Positions 56,221-64,000 are shown, counted from the stretch's first letter. The stretch is DNA of 64,000 nt from Gammaproteobacteria bacterium (GCA_045561235.1 JBJKYB010000002.1:18962-82961); one strand, 5' to 3'. Numbers and translations are program-made. Notes: generated by a model not told the origin, from the letters alone.

Positions 56221-57591
56221 TTACATATATTTTTTAGTTGCATAAGGTCTATTTGCTTTTTTAGACAACTCATTAACTTTTTTTCTAAGTTTTGTTAGCA
56301 CCTCTAGATCACTAGGAAATGGTGAATCAAATGCAGGTCTTAAACTAATTGGAACATCATCCATTCTATAAACTGTTCCACCGGTGTTAATTCCATAAGT
56401 ACTGGTTTGAATTGAAATATGCGCAGCTTCACTTGTCGGTGTGTTTTTTGTATCTATTGATATTAATTTACATTTGTCACTTGTAATATGATCAATTGCA
56501 GGCTTTGGAAAATTCGCAACTGGATCACTTGCAATTATTAAAGCTGCATCAGCTTCTTTTCTTGTTAAAGTATCAACAGTTGTAAATTCACCAGGATTAA
56601 ACCTTGGGTGCCCTCTGCTAAAATTAACTCCAAACGGATACCCAGTTTGCCAAGAAACAACGTTATCGGCACCTGTTACGTTACCATGTCCTCTTGCAGG
56701 TTTTGCTACAAAATGCGTAAATTCATTTAGATCTGTTGCTAAGGCCATTAATGCTCCAGAGTTAAAGTGTCTTCCTCTAGTCATTGTTAATCCCATTCCA
56801 AAAAATATAACTCCATAAGTACAGTTTTTCATTTTATTAAAAAGATCTTCAGCAACTTCTTTTTCGATACCACAAATTTCTTTACAATTATCTGGAATAG
56901 GAACACCTTTACATGCAGCCCTGAGTATCCATAAAAACTCAAAATCTTTTCCAGGTTTTACTTGTAAAAATATATCAGCTACTCCTGCTGTTTTTGTATG
57001 TCTCACATCACAAATTACAACTGTACGATCATCTTTTCCATTTGGAGTAAACATACCTTCTGGTGTAACAGCATATCTTGCGAAATGTCTTGGGTGCGCT
57101 TCAGCTGGATTACCACCCCAATACATTACAAAGTCAGCTCTATTTTTTACTTCTCCTAAAGTCATGCTGGGTTCACCAACACCTTGGAAAGCCATGCCGG
57201 ATGGACCGTGACATACAGAAGTTGTTGTATCAATAGTTCCACCACAATCGTCCATGATTGGAGCACATTGTCTTTGAGCTTCACATATTGTGTCACTCAT
57301 ACCATATAATATTGGAAACTTTGCATCCATTAACACTTTAGCCGCTTCATCAATTGCATCATCTAAAGGAACTTCTTTTCCATCTATTCTTGCTATTGGC
57401 TTATCTTCTATAACATGATTTAAAAACCAAGCCTTTCCAAGTATGCAAGCATCTTTAGCTTTTGTGATAACTTTTTTGTCCATATCAACAGTCAAAGTAA
57501 TATCATCACAACAGCATCCACAAAAAGTACAAGTTGCGTTCTCTACAATTTTCTCATTTACAATTTTATTATCTTTACTTACTGCACTCAT
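56221..57591 (-). CDS. fhcB: formylmethanofuran dehydrogenase subunit B-like molybdopterin-oxidoreductase-fold protein (FwdB/FhcB)
   Basis: 456 aa. An N-terminal Cys cluster (CTFCGCCCDD...C) resembles the MopB [4Fe-4S] motif. The internal TTTSVCHGPSG resembles the Cys/SeCys active-site motif (VUHGPS of FDH-H). Confidence 0.8.
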   Translation of the reverse strand: MSAVSKDNKIVNEKIVENATCTFCGCCCDDITLTVDMDKKVITKAKDACILGKAWFLNHVIEDKPIARIDGKEVPLDDAIDEAAKVLMDAKFPILYGMSDTICEAQRQCAPIMDDCGGTIDTTTSVCHGPSGMAFQGVGEPSMTLGEVKNRADFVMYWGGNPAEAHPRHFARYAVTPEGMFTPNGKDDRTVVICDVRHTKTAGVADIFLQVKPGKDFEFLWILRAACKGVPIPDNCKEICGIEKEVAEDLFNKMKNCTYGVIFFGMGLTMTRGRHFNSGALMALATDLNEFTHFVAKPARGHGNVTGADNVVSWQTGYPFGVNFSRGHPRFNPGEFTTVDTLTRKEADAALIIASDPVANFPKPAIDHITSDKCKLISIDTKNTPTSEAAHISIQTSTYGINTGGTVYRMDDVPISLRPAFDSPFPSDLEVLTKLRKKVNELSKKANRPYATKKYM

Positions 57592-57620
57592 AATATCTCC
57601 TTGATTGTCTCCTTAACTCA

Positions 57621-58013
57621 TTAAGCAACTTCAGTTTTAGGCGGTAAAGCAGTTTTCTTTTTTACGCCTTTTTTGACAAACTCTATATCTATTGTCATTC
57701 CTTTTGAGGCCGGCATGCCCGATGCACATGTTTCACCATCAAACAAACAACTTGATGGCGGGCCATATGGAATGAATGCATAACCTACAGGAATTTTTCC
57801 TTCTCTTAGAACTTTTAGTTGAACTTCAGTTTCACCGATGTGGTTACTAATTTTGACTATGTCAGCTGTTTCTAGTCCTAGCTCAGCTGCATCTTCGAAA
57901 CTAATTTCAAGCGTAGTTGTGACTCTAATGTACTCTTCCTTAAGCTTACCCTTATTCAGCCCTACTCCTTGTTTGGCGGAGCGGCCTGGTATAAGTATTA
58001 GTTGTCCTTTCAT
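57621..58013 (-). CDS. formylmethanofuran dehydrogenase subunit D-like protein (molybdopterin dinucleotide-binding / MopB C-terminal beta-barrel domain)
   Basis: 130 aa; colinear with archaeal FwdD (G.......G....V.I......G...V...V.......F.P.GP........D..T...GMP.SKG......E). It is the first gene of the operon, 29 bp upstream of fhcB. Confidence 0.65.
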   Translation of the reverse strand: MKGQLILIPGRSAKQGVGLNKGKLKEEYIRVTTTLEISFEDAAELGLETADIVKISNHIGETEVQLKVLREGKIPVGYAFIPYGPPSSCLFDGETCASGMPASKGMTIDIEFVKKGVKKKTALPPKTEVA

Positions 58014-58155
58014 TGCATCATTAAGTTTTTCCTAAGCCTCTTTTAAATACTCAAATATTGTTTACTACCTATATTAACGTATGCTTATTAAGATAACCTA
58101 TTATGGGTAATAAAACAACTATTTTATATTACTATAGTAGTATTTAAGCAGTATT

Positions 58156-58231
58156 TGGAGCCGCCTGTCAGAATCGAACTGACTACCTGCTGATTACAAA
58201 ACAACTGCTCTACCAAATGAGCTAAGGCGGC
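58156..58231 (-). tRNA. tRNA-Thr (anticodon UGU)
   Basis: 76 nt hand-folded cloverleaf with perfect 7-bp acceptor stem (GCCGCCT/AGGCGGC), D-arm GCTC-ATTTGGTA-GAGC, anticodon loop UUUGUAA, T-arm GTCAG-TTCGATT-CTGAC, CCA encoded. Confidence 0.85.
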
Positions 58232-58236
58232 AATTT

Positions 58237-58974
58237 TTACGCTTCAAATACTAAAATTCCTTCAAAAAGAAGAGATTCTACATGTATTATTGGGTAGTTA
58301 CAATTATCCAAAACGCTTTTAGAATTTCCTCCAGTTACATAAATTTCTGGAGTGACACCCCTTCCTTTAATCATCTTATCCAAAGTATTATTTATTGAAT
58401 GATATGCAGAAATTGTAGAACCATTTTCAATGCTAGATCTTGTGTTAGATGAAAAAATTCCTTCAATTAATTCTTCATTTGAAAAATCAAAATCTAGCAT
58501 TTCAAAAAATACGCTATCAATGAGTTTTTTACTAGGGAGAATAATACCTCCTATATGATTTTTGTTGAAGTCCAAATAGTCAATTGTTGTTGCTGTTCCT
58601 GCATCAATAACAATAATATCTTTATTTGTTTTTACAGATGCTCCTACTAAGTTTAAAGCTCTATCTACTCCTAAATTATTTAAATTATTTTTATATGCTA
58701 AGGAAATATATTGATTACAATCTTCCGAATTAATAAATTTAATAATTTCATTAATATCACTGGGCAGCTCGTTCATAATAAGTTGTAAATCAGCTTCCTT
58801 AAGAACATTACAACAAACTATTTTCTCGCAATTAAATTTTTTAACAATGGTGGCTAAATTATTCAGCTCAGATATATTTTCATAATTATTTTTTTGAACC
58901 GAAATAATGTTATTTTCTTTAATAAGAGCTAATTTGTAATTAGTATGTCCAAAATCAATTGCGCAAAAATTCAT
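58237..58974 (-). CDS. coaX: type III pantothenate kinase (Bvg accessory factor family)
   Basis: 245 aa; N-terminal AIDFGHTNYKLAL and internal VIDAGTATTID motifs of CoaX; downstream of birA as in many beta-proteobacteria. Confidence 0.85.
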   Translation of the reverse strand: MNFCAIDFGHTNYKLALIKENNIISVQKNNYENISELNNLATIVKKFNCEKIVCCNVLKEADLQLIMNELPSDINEIIKFINSEDCNQYISLAYKNNLNNLGVDRALNLVGASVKTNKDIIVIDAGTATTIDYLDFNKNHIGGIILPSKKLIDSVFFEMLDFDFSNEELIEGIFSSNTRSSIENGSTISAYHSINNTLDKMIKGRGVTPEIYVTGGNSKSVLDNCNYPIIHVESLLFEGILVFEA

Positions 58975-59857
58975 CTTTAATTATTTCAACCTCGTTAATA
59001 TTATATAAATGTATTTTATCATCGTGAGAGCAACATAATTGGCCTAAATTGTTTATGCCCATCAATTTTGTTTTTATTTTCTTATTGCCGACTTTTATAG
59101 TTTTCAGTCTATTATAATTATAATCTATATTATTCCAATCTTCAGAAAGTTTTTGGTAGTCACAATGTTGAAATTCAGATAAAGATTCTATTACCGCATT
59201 TAAAAGAATTGCTGATATTTTATTTCTATTACAGTGATCTATATTTTTCAAAGATAAAAGATCTGCAATATTTTGATTTATATTTTTTTTATTATCTTTG
59301 GAAACTTTAATATTTATACCAACACCAACAACTAAAAATATTGTTGAGTCCTTTTTATAAACAATGTCTATCAATATTCCCCCTAATTTTGATCCTTCAA
59401 AAACGAGATCATTAGGCCATTTGCATTTAATTCCTAAAAAGCCATTGTTGGATAAATTTTCCACCAATTTAATAGCTATATGATAATTCAACATATAAGG
59501 AATTTTTAAGGCTTTATCGTAATTCCATGCAACAGAAAAACAAACATTACTTTGTGCAGCAATCCATGATTTGTTTGATAGCCCTCTACCCTTGTATTGG
59601 TTTTCTGCAAAGCATGCATGTCCATTAGGGTAAATACAGTTTTTTTGCATCAAGACATTATTCGTAGAATCAACTTCTTCATATACCTGAATAACAGGAA
59701 CAAGCATTTTTGATTCTAATGAGAGAGAATCACGTATATAATATGGATTGAGTAAATCATCAGTATTTTTCATGGAAAAACCTACAGCTAAAAATTTTAT
59801 TACCAATATAATTGATAATGATAATAACACTAATAAATTTGGTGGGCGAGTAAACAC
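58955..59857 (-). CDS. birA: biotin--[acetyl-CoA-carboxylase] ligase (group I, no HTH)
   Basis: BirA signature KGRGLSNKSW (GRGRxGRxW-like) and biotin-protein-ligase catalytic domain. The first 28 codons of the track ORF are hydrophobic junk, so the probable start is MKNTDDLLNPYY at about 59773 (272 aa). Confidence 0.8.
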   Translation of the reverse strand: MFTRPPNLLVLLSLSIILVIKFLAVGFSMKNTDDLLNPYYIRDSLSLESKMLVPVIQVYEEVDSTNNVLMQKNCIYPNGHACFAENQYKGRGLSNKSWIAAQSNVCFSVAWNYDKALKIPYMLNYHIAIKLVENLSNNGFLGIKCKWPNDLVFEGSKLGGILIDIVYKKDSTIFLVVGVGINIKVSKDNKKNINQNIADLLSLKNIDHCNRNKISAILLNAVIESLSEFQHCDYQKLSEDWNNIDYNYNRLKTIKVGNKKIKTKLMGINNLGQLCCSHDDKIHLYNINEVEIIKDEFLRN

Positions 59858-61424
59858 TCGATTTCCACCTGAGCCAAATGGGTATCTTCATATAGGTCAT
59901 GCTAAATCAATTTGTTTAAATTTTGAAATTGCCAAAAGCTACGGTGGTAAATGTAATTTAAGATTTGATGATACAAATCCAGAAAAAGAAAATATAGAAT
60001 ATATTGATTCAATAAAAAATGATATTAAATGGCTCGGATATAAATGGGACTCGATACATTATGCCTCAGACTATTTTGAACAACTCTATACATTCGCACA
60101 AATGCTAATTAAGAATAACTATGCTTATGTTGATTCTTCTTCCCCAGAAATAATAAAAAAAGAAAGAGGAACACTTACAGAGCCAGGAATAAAAAGTAAA
60201 GATAGAGAAAGATTGCCTGATGAAAGTTTAAAAATATTTGAACAAATGAAACAAGGAAAATTCGATGATGGTGAATATGTTTTAAGGCTAAAAATAGACA
60301 TGTCCTCACCAAATATCAATATGAGAGATCCAGTGATATATAGAATAAAAAAAGTCGAGCACCACAGGACAAAAGATGAATGGTGTATTTATCCAATGTA
60401 CGATTTCACACATTGTATTTCCGATGCAATTGAAAATATCACACATTCTCTATGCACTTTAGAATTCGAAGATCACAGAGATCTATATGAATGGGTGATT
60501 GAGAAAATTAATCATGAAAATAAGCCGCAACAAATTGAATTTGCTAGATTAGCTTTAGAACATAATCTCATGAGTAAAAGAAAATTAAATGAACTTGTCG
60601 AAAAAAAATATGTCGAAGGTTGGGATGATCCGAGAATGCCAACGTTATCAGGTATGAAACGAAGAGGTTATACACCTAATGCAATTAAAGATTTCTGTAA
60701 TCGAATAGGAATTACAAAAAAAAATAGCGCAATTGAAATGGGTGTTTTAGAAAATACTATTAGAGAAGAGCTAAATCTTACTGCGAAAAGAGTTATGGGT
60801 GTTTTAGATCCTATAAAAGTAACATTAGTCAATTATCCAAAAGATGAAAGAGAAATAATAAAAGCAGCATACAATCCAAATGATATTAACTCTGGAGAAA
60901 GAAATATTAGTATCTCAAGAAATATCTTTATTGATAAAAACGATTTTATGGAATTCCCAGAAAAAAAATATTTTAGACTTGCGCCCGGAAAAGAAGTAAG
61001 ACTAAGACATGCATTTAATATCACATGTGAAAAATTAATTAAGGATAATAACGGCGAGATACTCGAATTAGAATGCACTTACGATCCAATTAGTAGAGAC
61101 ATGAGCAAAGGAAATAAAGTAAAAGGGATGATACATTGGGTTGATGCCAATAATTGTATAGATGCGCAGATTAATGTGTATGATAGACTTTTTTTAGATT
61201 CTGATCCAACGAGTGTAGACGATTTTAACGAGAATTCTTTAATGGTTAAAAAAGGTTCAAAATTAGAGAAGAATATTGACTTAAATAATAATGATGAAAG
61301 ATATCAATTTGAGAGGGTTGGATACTTTATAAAAGATAGTAAATCTTCAAACGATAAGATTAGTTATAATAAGATTGTCTCTTTGAAAGATTCTTGGAAA
61401 AAAATAAACAAAAAAGGAATTTAA
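59748..61424 (+). CDS. glnS: glutaminyl-tRNA synthetase
   Basis: 558 aa; TRFPPEPNGYLHIGHAKS (HIGH), VMSKR (KMSKS) and GlnRS-specific anticodon-binding beta-barrels. The start could be 59748 or the Met at 59772. Confidence 0.95.
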   Translation: MSKSSVFFMEKPTAKNFITNIIDNDNNTNKFGGRVNTRFPPEPNGYLHIGHAKSICLNFEIAKSYGGKCNLRFDDTNPEKENIEYIDSIKNDIKWLGYKWDSIHYASDYFEQLYTFAQMLIKNNYAYVDSSSPEIIKKERGTLTEPGIKSKDRERLPDESLKIFEQMKQGKFDDGEYVLRLKIDMSSPNINMRDPVIYRIKKVEHHRTKDEWCIYPMYDFTHCISDAIENITHSLCTLEFEDHRDLYEWVIEKINHENKPQQIEFARLALEHNLMSKRKLNELVEKKYVEGWDDPRMPTLSGMKRRGYTPNAIKDFCNRIGITKKNSAIEMGVLENTIREELNLTAKRVMGVLDPIKVTLVNYPKDEREIIKAAYNPNDINSGERNISISRNIFIDKNDFMEFPEKKYFRLAPGKEVRLRHAFNITCEKLIKDNNGEILELECTYDPISRDMSKGNKVKGMIHWVDANNCIDAQINVYDRLFLDSDPTSVDDFNENSLMVKKGSKLEKNIDLNNNDERYQFERVGYFIKDSKSSNDKISYNKIVSLKDSWKKINKKGI

Positions 61425-61790
61425 ATGAAAATAATTAGATGGGTTTTAGGAAGAATTATTTTAATTTTGGACTTCGCGACTAGGCCAAAAAAAATGAATA
61501 GAGATGCCGATGAACAAAAAAAATTAGACACACTTCTAAAGAATCATAGTATGTATCAATTTCATACCTGCCCTTTTTGTGTGAAAGTAAGAAGATATTT
61601 AAGAAAAAATTCATTAAATATTGAAATTAGAGATGCTAGAAATGATTTAAAGTATCGTGAGGAATTGAAGGAGTTCGGCGGAAAGATTCAAGTACCATGC
61701 TTACGCATAGAAAAATCTCAGGATGATATCAAATGGCTTTATGAGTCTGATGATATTATTAGCTATTTTGATAAGATGCTTCAATCTTAA
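61425..61790 (+). CDS. glutaredoxin-family thiol-disulfide oxidoreductase with N-terminal extension
   Basis: CPFC active site (YQFHTCPFCVKVRRYL) and C-terminal GG..VP motif of the glutaredoxin fold; it starts 1 nt after the glnS stop; the true start may be the Met at about 61548. Confidence 0.55.
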   Translation: MKIIRWVLGRIILILDFATRPKKMNRDADEQKKLDTLLKNHSMYQFHTCPFCVKVRRYLRKNSLNIEIRDARNDLKYREELKEFGGKIQVPCLRIEKSQDDIKWLYESDDIISYFDKMLQS

Positions 61791-61853
61791 GAACTAGACA
61801 TATAAATTAAAGATATGTAATCTAATTGAAATCTTAAACATACAGGAGCTATT

Positions 61854-62135
61854 ATGACGCAGGCAACAGCAAGACATATATTAGTTGAGACAGAAGAACA
61901 ATGCCTTAGCTTAAAAAAAGAAATTGAAGATGGGCTTGATTTTGCAGAAGCTGCAAAAATAAACTCCTCTTGCCCATCAGGCGGGAATGGTGGTGATCTT
62001 GGTTCATTTAGTCCAGGGCAAATGGTAAAAGAGTTTAATGATGTAGTTTTTACTGGAGAACTTAATAAAGTTCATGGGCCTGTTCAAACTCAATTTGGCT
62101 ATCATTTGATTGAAATAACAAGCAGAGAAGATTAG
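61854..62135 (+). CDS. ppiC: parvulin-type peptidyl-prolyl cis-trans isomerase C
   Basis: 93 aa, near-colinear with E. coli PpiC (HILV...CPSG..GGDLG.F..GQMV..F...VF......GP..TQFGYH.I). Confidence 0.93.
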   Translation: MTQATARHILVETEEQCLSLKKEIEDGLDFAEAAKINSSCPSGGNGGDLGSFSPGQMVKEFNDVVFTGELNKVHGPVQTQFGYHLIEITSRED

Positions 62136-62137
62136 TT

Positions 62138-62860
62138 TTAATATTTTTTATAAATACCTGTAAAAATATCAATATCTGATTCCACAAATATCTCATTTTC
62201 ATCAAATAAAAATATTTTTATGCCATCCTTTATAATTTTTTCTCTAGATAAAATATTATTCTGAAAGGTGTAATTTATTTCACTAAATCCATTTAGGTAA
62301 TGCCATGCATAACCTTGTAAAATATATGCATTATCGTTTTGCTTCTTAAATACAAGTTCAATATTTTTTTGTGGGTCAACCTTATTTTTTCTCCAATCCA
62401 CAGAGTCAATATGTCTGTATCTTATAAATTTTTTATTTATTTTTTTTTCCACTGAAATAAAGTCAGAAAAAATGAAACCTTCAATGTCTCCATGAGATAC
62501 TAAGTACCATTTTCCAAATCTATAATTATTTACAATCTCAACTTTATCGGAGTTCAAAAGCCTCAATCGAACACTAACGTTGGGCTTAAGAAAAAAAACT
62601 TTTTTTATTAAAACTTTATCATTTTTTTTAATTTTCTTTAATACTTCGCTATTTTTTGAGCTTATTAATGGGATATCTCTTAAATTTATATTATTTTTAT
62701 TAACGATACCGTGCGAATTAACTTCTTGATGATATGTAATCATATCTTTTGGTATATTTTCAAAGCAACTTTCATATATATTTTTACAGTTATATAAGTT
62801 TGCATGCGAGGTTAAGGTTACTAAGAACAATGTCAGAACCATTATGAGCAATCTAATCAT
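62138..62860 (-). CDS. hypothetical secreted protein (signal peptide; possible bacterial SH3-like domain)
   Basis: 240 aa; the N-terminal MIRLLIMVLTLFLVTLTSHA looks like a Sec signal; the rest is Lys/Asn-rich with no motif recognised. Confidence 0.3.
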   Translation of the reverse strand: MIRLLIMVLTLFLVTLTSHANLYNCKNIYESCFENIPKDMITYHQEVNSHGIVNKNNINLRDIPLISSKNSEVLKKIKKNDKVLIKKVFFLKPNVSVRLRLLNSDKVEIVNNYRFGKWYLVSHGDIEGFIFSDFISVEKKINKKFIRYRHIDSVDWRKNKVDPQKNIELVFKKQNDNAYILQGYAWHYLNGFSEINYTFQNNILSREKIIKDGIKIFLFDENEIFVESDIDIFTGIYKKY

Positions 62861-63626
62861 ATTCGATATCTTTCCATTGTCTAGTATATTTAAAAACTTC
62901 AGATTCTTTATTTAGTTTAAGATTAAAGTGATTTTCAACTGAACTTATAACGTCCTTATGATCAAATCTTAAAAAAGGATTAATTTTTAACTCATTTTCT
63001 AATACTGATGGAACAGAATACCCACCTTCTTTTAAAATTTTTTTAACCTCTTTCTCTCTTGCAATTAGATCTTGATTATTAGGATCTAACAGTTTAGCAA
63101 AACCAATATTATCCAAAGTGTATTCATGGGCACAATAAATTAAGGTTTCTTTTGGTAGTTTTTTTATTTTTGTTAGAGCTTTATGCATATCCTCATGCGT
63201 ACCTTCAAATAATCTGCCACACCCACATGAAAACAAGGTATCCCCACAAAAAAGTTTTTTATCAAAGTAATAAGCAATATGGCTATTTGTATGTCCTCTA
63301 ACGTCTAGCACTCTAAACTCCTCATTAAGTGAGTCTAATTTTATTATATCTTCACCCTTAACGATGTTATTCGTAGGGATTCTAGAATCCAAAGGGCCAA
63401 AAATATTTACCTTGGGAAATACATTTTTTAAATTAGATATTCCACCAATATGATCATTATGATGATGAGTAATTAAGATGTCTGTTAATTCTAAATTATT
63501 ATCCATCAGGGATTTTATTACTGGAGCGCTATCACCTGGATCAACAACAACTGCGCTTTTATTATTATCTTCGAACATCAGCCAAAAATAATTATCTGTA
63601 AATGCTGGAATTTGAATAATATTCAT
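62853..63626 (-). CDS. gloB: hydroxyacylglutathione hydrolase (glyoxalase II, metallo-beta-lactamase fold)
   Basis: 257 aa; THHHNDH.GG metal-binding motif and GloB-length C-terminal domain. Confidence 0.88.
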   Translation of the reverse strand: MNIIQIPAFTDNYFWLMFEDNNKSAVVVDPGDSAPVIKSLMDNNLELTDILITHHHNDHIGGISNLKNVFPKVNIFGPLDSRIPTNNIVKGEDIIKLDSLNEEFRVLDVRGHTNSHIAYYFDKKLFCGDTLFSCGCGRLFEGTHEDMHKALTKIKKLPKETLIYCAHEYTLDNIGFAKLLDPNNQDLIAREKEVKKILKEGGYSVPSVLENELKINPFLRFDHKDVISSVENHFNLKLNKESEVFKYTRQWKDIEYD

Positions 63627-63698
63627 AATTTTTATTTTACTTTGATATTAATTCTTATTATAAAGGGCGAATCTTAAAAAACTATATAAATATAAATA

Positions 63699-64000
63699 CT
63701 AATACTTTTTATAAAGGGATTTTAAATTTGAATCAATTTTTTCATATAATTGATTAATGCTTAACATTAATTTCTTGTTATCTTTTTCTCCAACAGGATC
63801 AGCTAACCCCCAATGAATCATATCCATTTTGTTTGGCCAAATTGGACATACTTCTTTTGCTGCGCTATCGCAAACTGTTATCAAGATATCAATTTTAGGA
63901 TATTCTTTTTCTAAAAAAACATCCCAGCTTTTAGAATGCAATTTTTCAACTGGATAACCAAGTTCCTTACAAAAGGTAAGCACGCCCTGGTTTATTTTTC
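63699..64000 (-). CDS. arsC: LMW-phosphatase-family arsenate reductase / protein-tyrosine phosphatase, C-terminal part (N-terminus lies beyond window end)
   Basis: ...VCDSAAKEVCPIWPNKMDMIHWGLADP matches thioredoxin-coupled ArsC/LMW-PTP C-terminal motifs; the frame is still open at position 64000. Confidence 0.6.
   Translation of the reverse strand, partial: KINQGVLTFCKELGYPVEKLHSKSWDVFLEKEYPKIDILITVCDSAAKEVCPIWPNKMDMIHWGLADPVGEKDNKKLMLSINQLYEKIDSNLKSLYKKY

Overview
This is an AT-rich, very gene-dense 64-kb window from a streamlined proteobacterial chromosome. The gene order is beta/gamma-proteobacterial in style: tRNA(Tyr-Gly-Thr)-tuf-tRNA(Trp)-secE-nusG-rplKAJL-rpoBC-rpsL-rpsG-fusA-rpsJ, continuing through the S10/spc/alpha ribosomal blocks to rplQ. 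rpmJ and rpsD are present and adk and infA are absent. Every gene in that block is on the minus strand. About 27 kb is this contiguous ribosomal/RNAP core. It has a single tuf, and rpsJ directly follows fusA. Flanking housekeeping genes are hda(partial)-pgsA, purMN, nit-yhdP, nadD-rsfS-rlmH, miaB-ybeZ-ybeY-corC-lnt, ssb/uvrA, coaX-birA, glnS, ppiC, gloB and arsC(partial). Five tRNAs were found; there is no rRNA, CRISPR array or obvious mobile element.

The non-housekeeping content is one-carbon metabolism based on tetrahydromethanopterin and methanofuran. (i) A three-gene cofactor-biosynthesis set lies at 8.2-10.9 kb: a dihydropteroate-synthase-like pterin-binding protein, a small DUF447-like protein and an MfnB-like (4-HFC-P synthase family) protein. 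(ii) A tightly packed seven-gene minus-strand operon lies at 51.0-58.0 kb: an FwdD-like gene, an FwdB/FhcB-like gene, an FwdA/FhcA-like amidohydrolase, an Ftr/FhcD-like formyltransferase, an FwdC/FhcC-like gene, a 7Fe ferredoxin (fdxA) and an FprA-type NADPH:ferredoxin reductase.

The B subunit keeps an N-terminal cysteine cluster (CxxCxCCC) and a VCHGPS motif that resembles the metal-ligating Cys/SeCys motif of formate dehydrogenases. A separate FwdD-like subunit and a ferredoxin/reductase pair are co-operonic with it. On that basis the cluster may be a redox-active, ferredoxin-linked formylmethanofuran dehydrogenase module rather than the purely hydrolytic Fhc complex of classical methylotrophs. 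The operon sits in an ~8-kb segment bracketed by tRNA genes.

Several regulatory RNA structures are visible in ribosomal-operon spacers, including an rplL-rpoB attenuator, a tuf terminator, an rplJ leader and an unusual hairpin-plus-T-tract spacer between rpsJ and rplC. The genome also shows extreme compaction, with convergent genes overlapping at their stops and ATGA / CATG start-stop overlaps.
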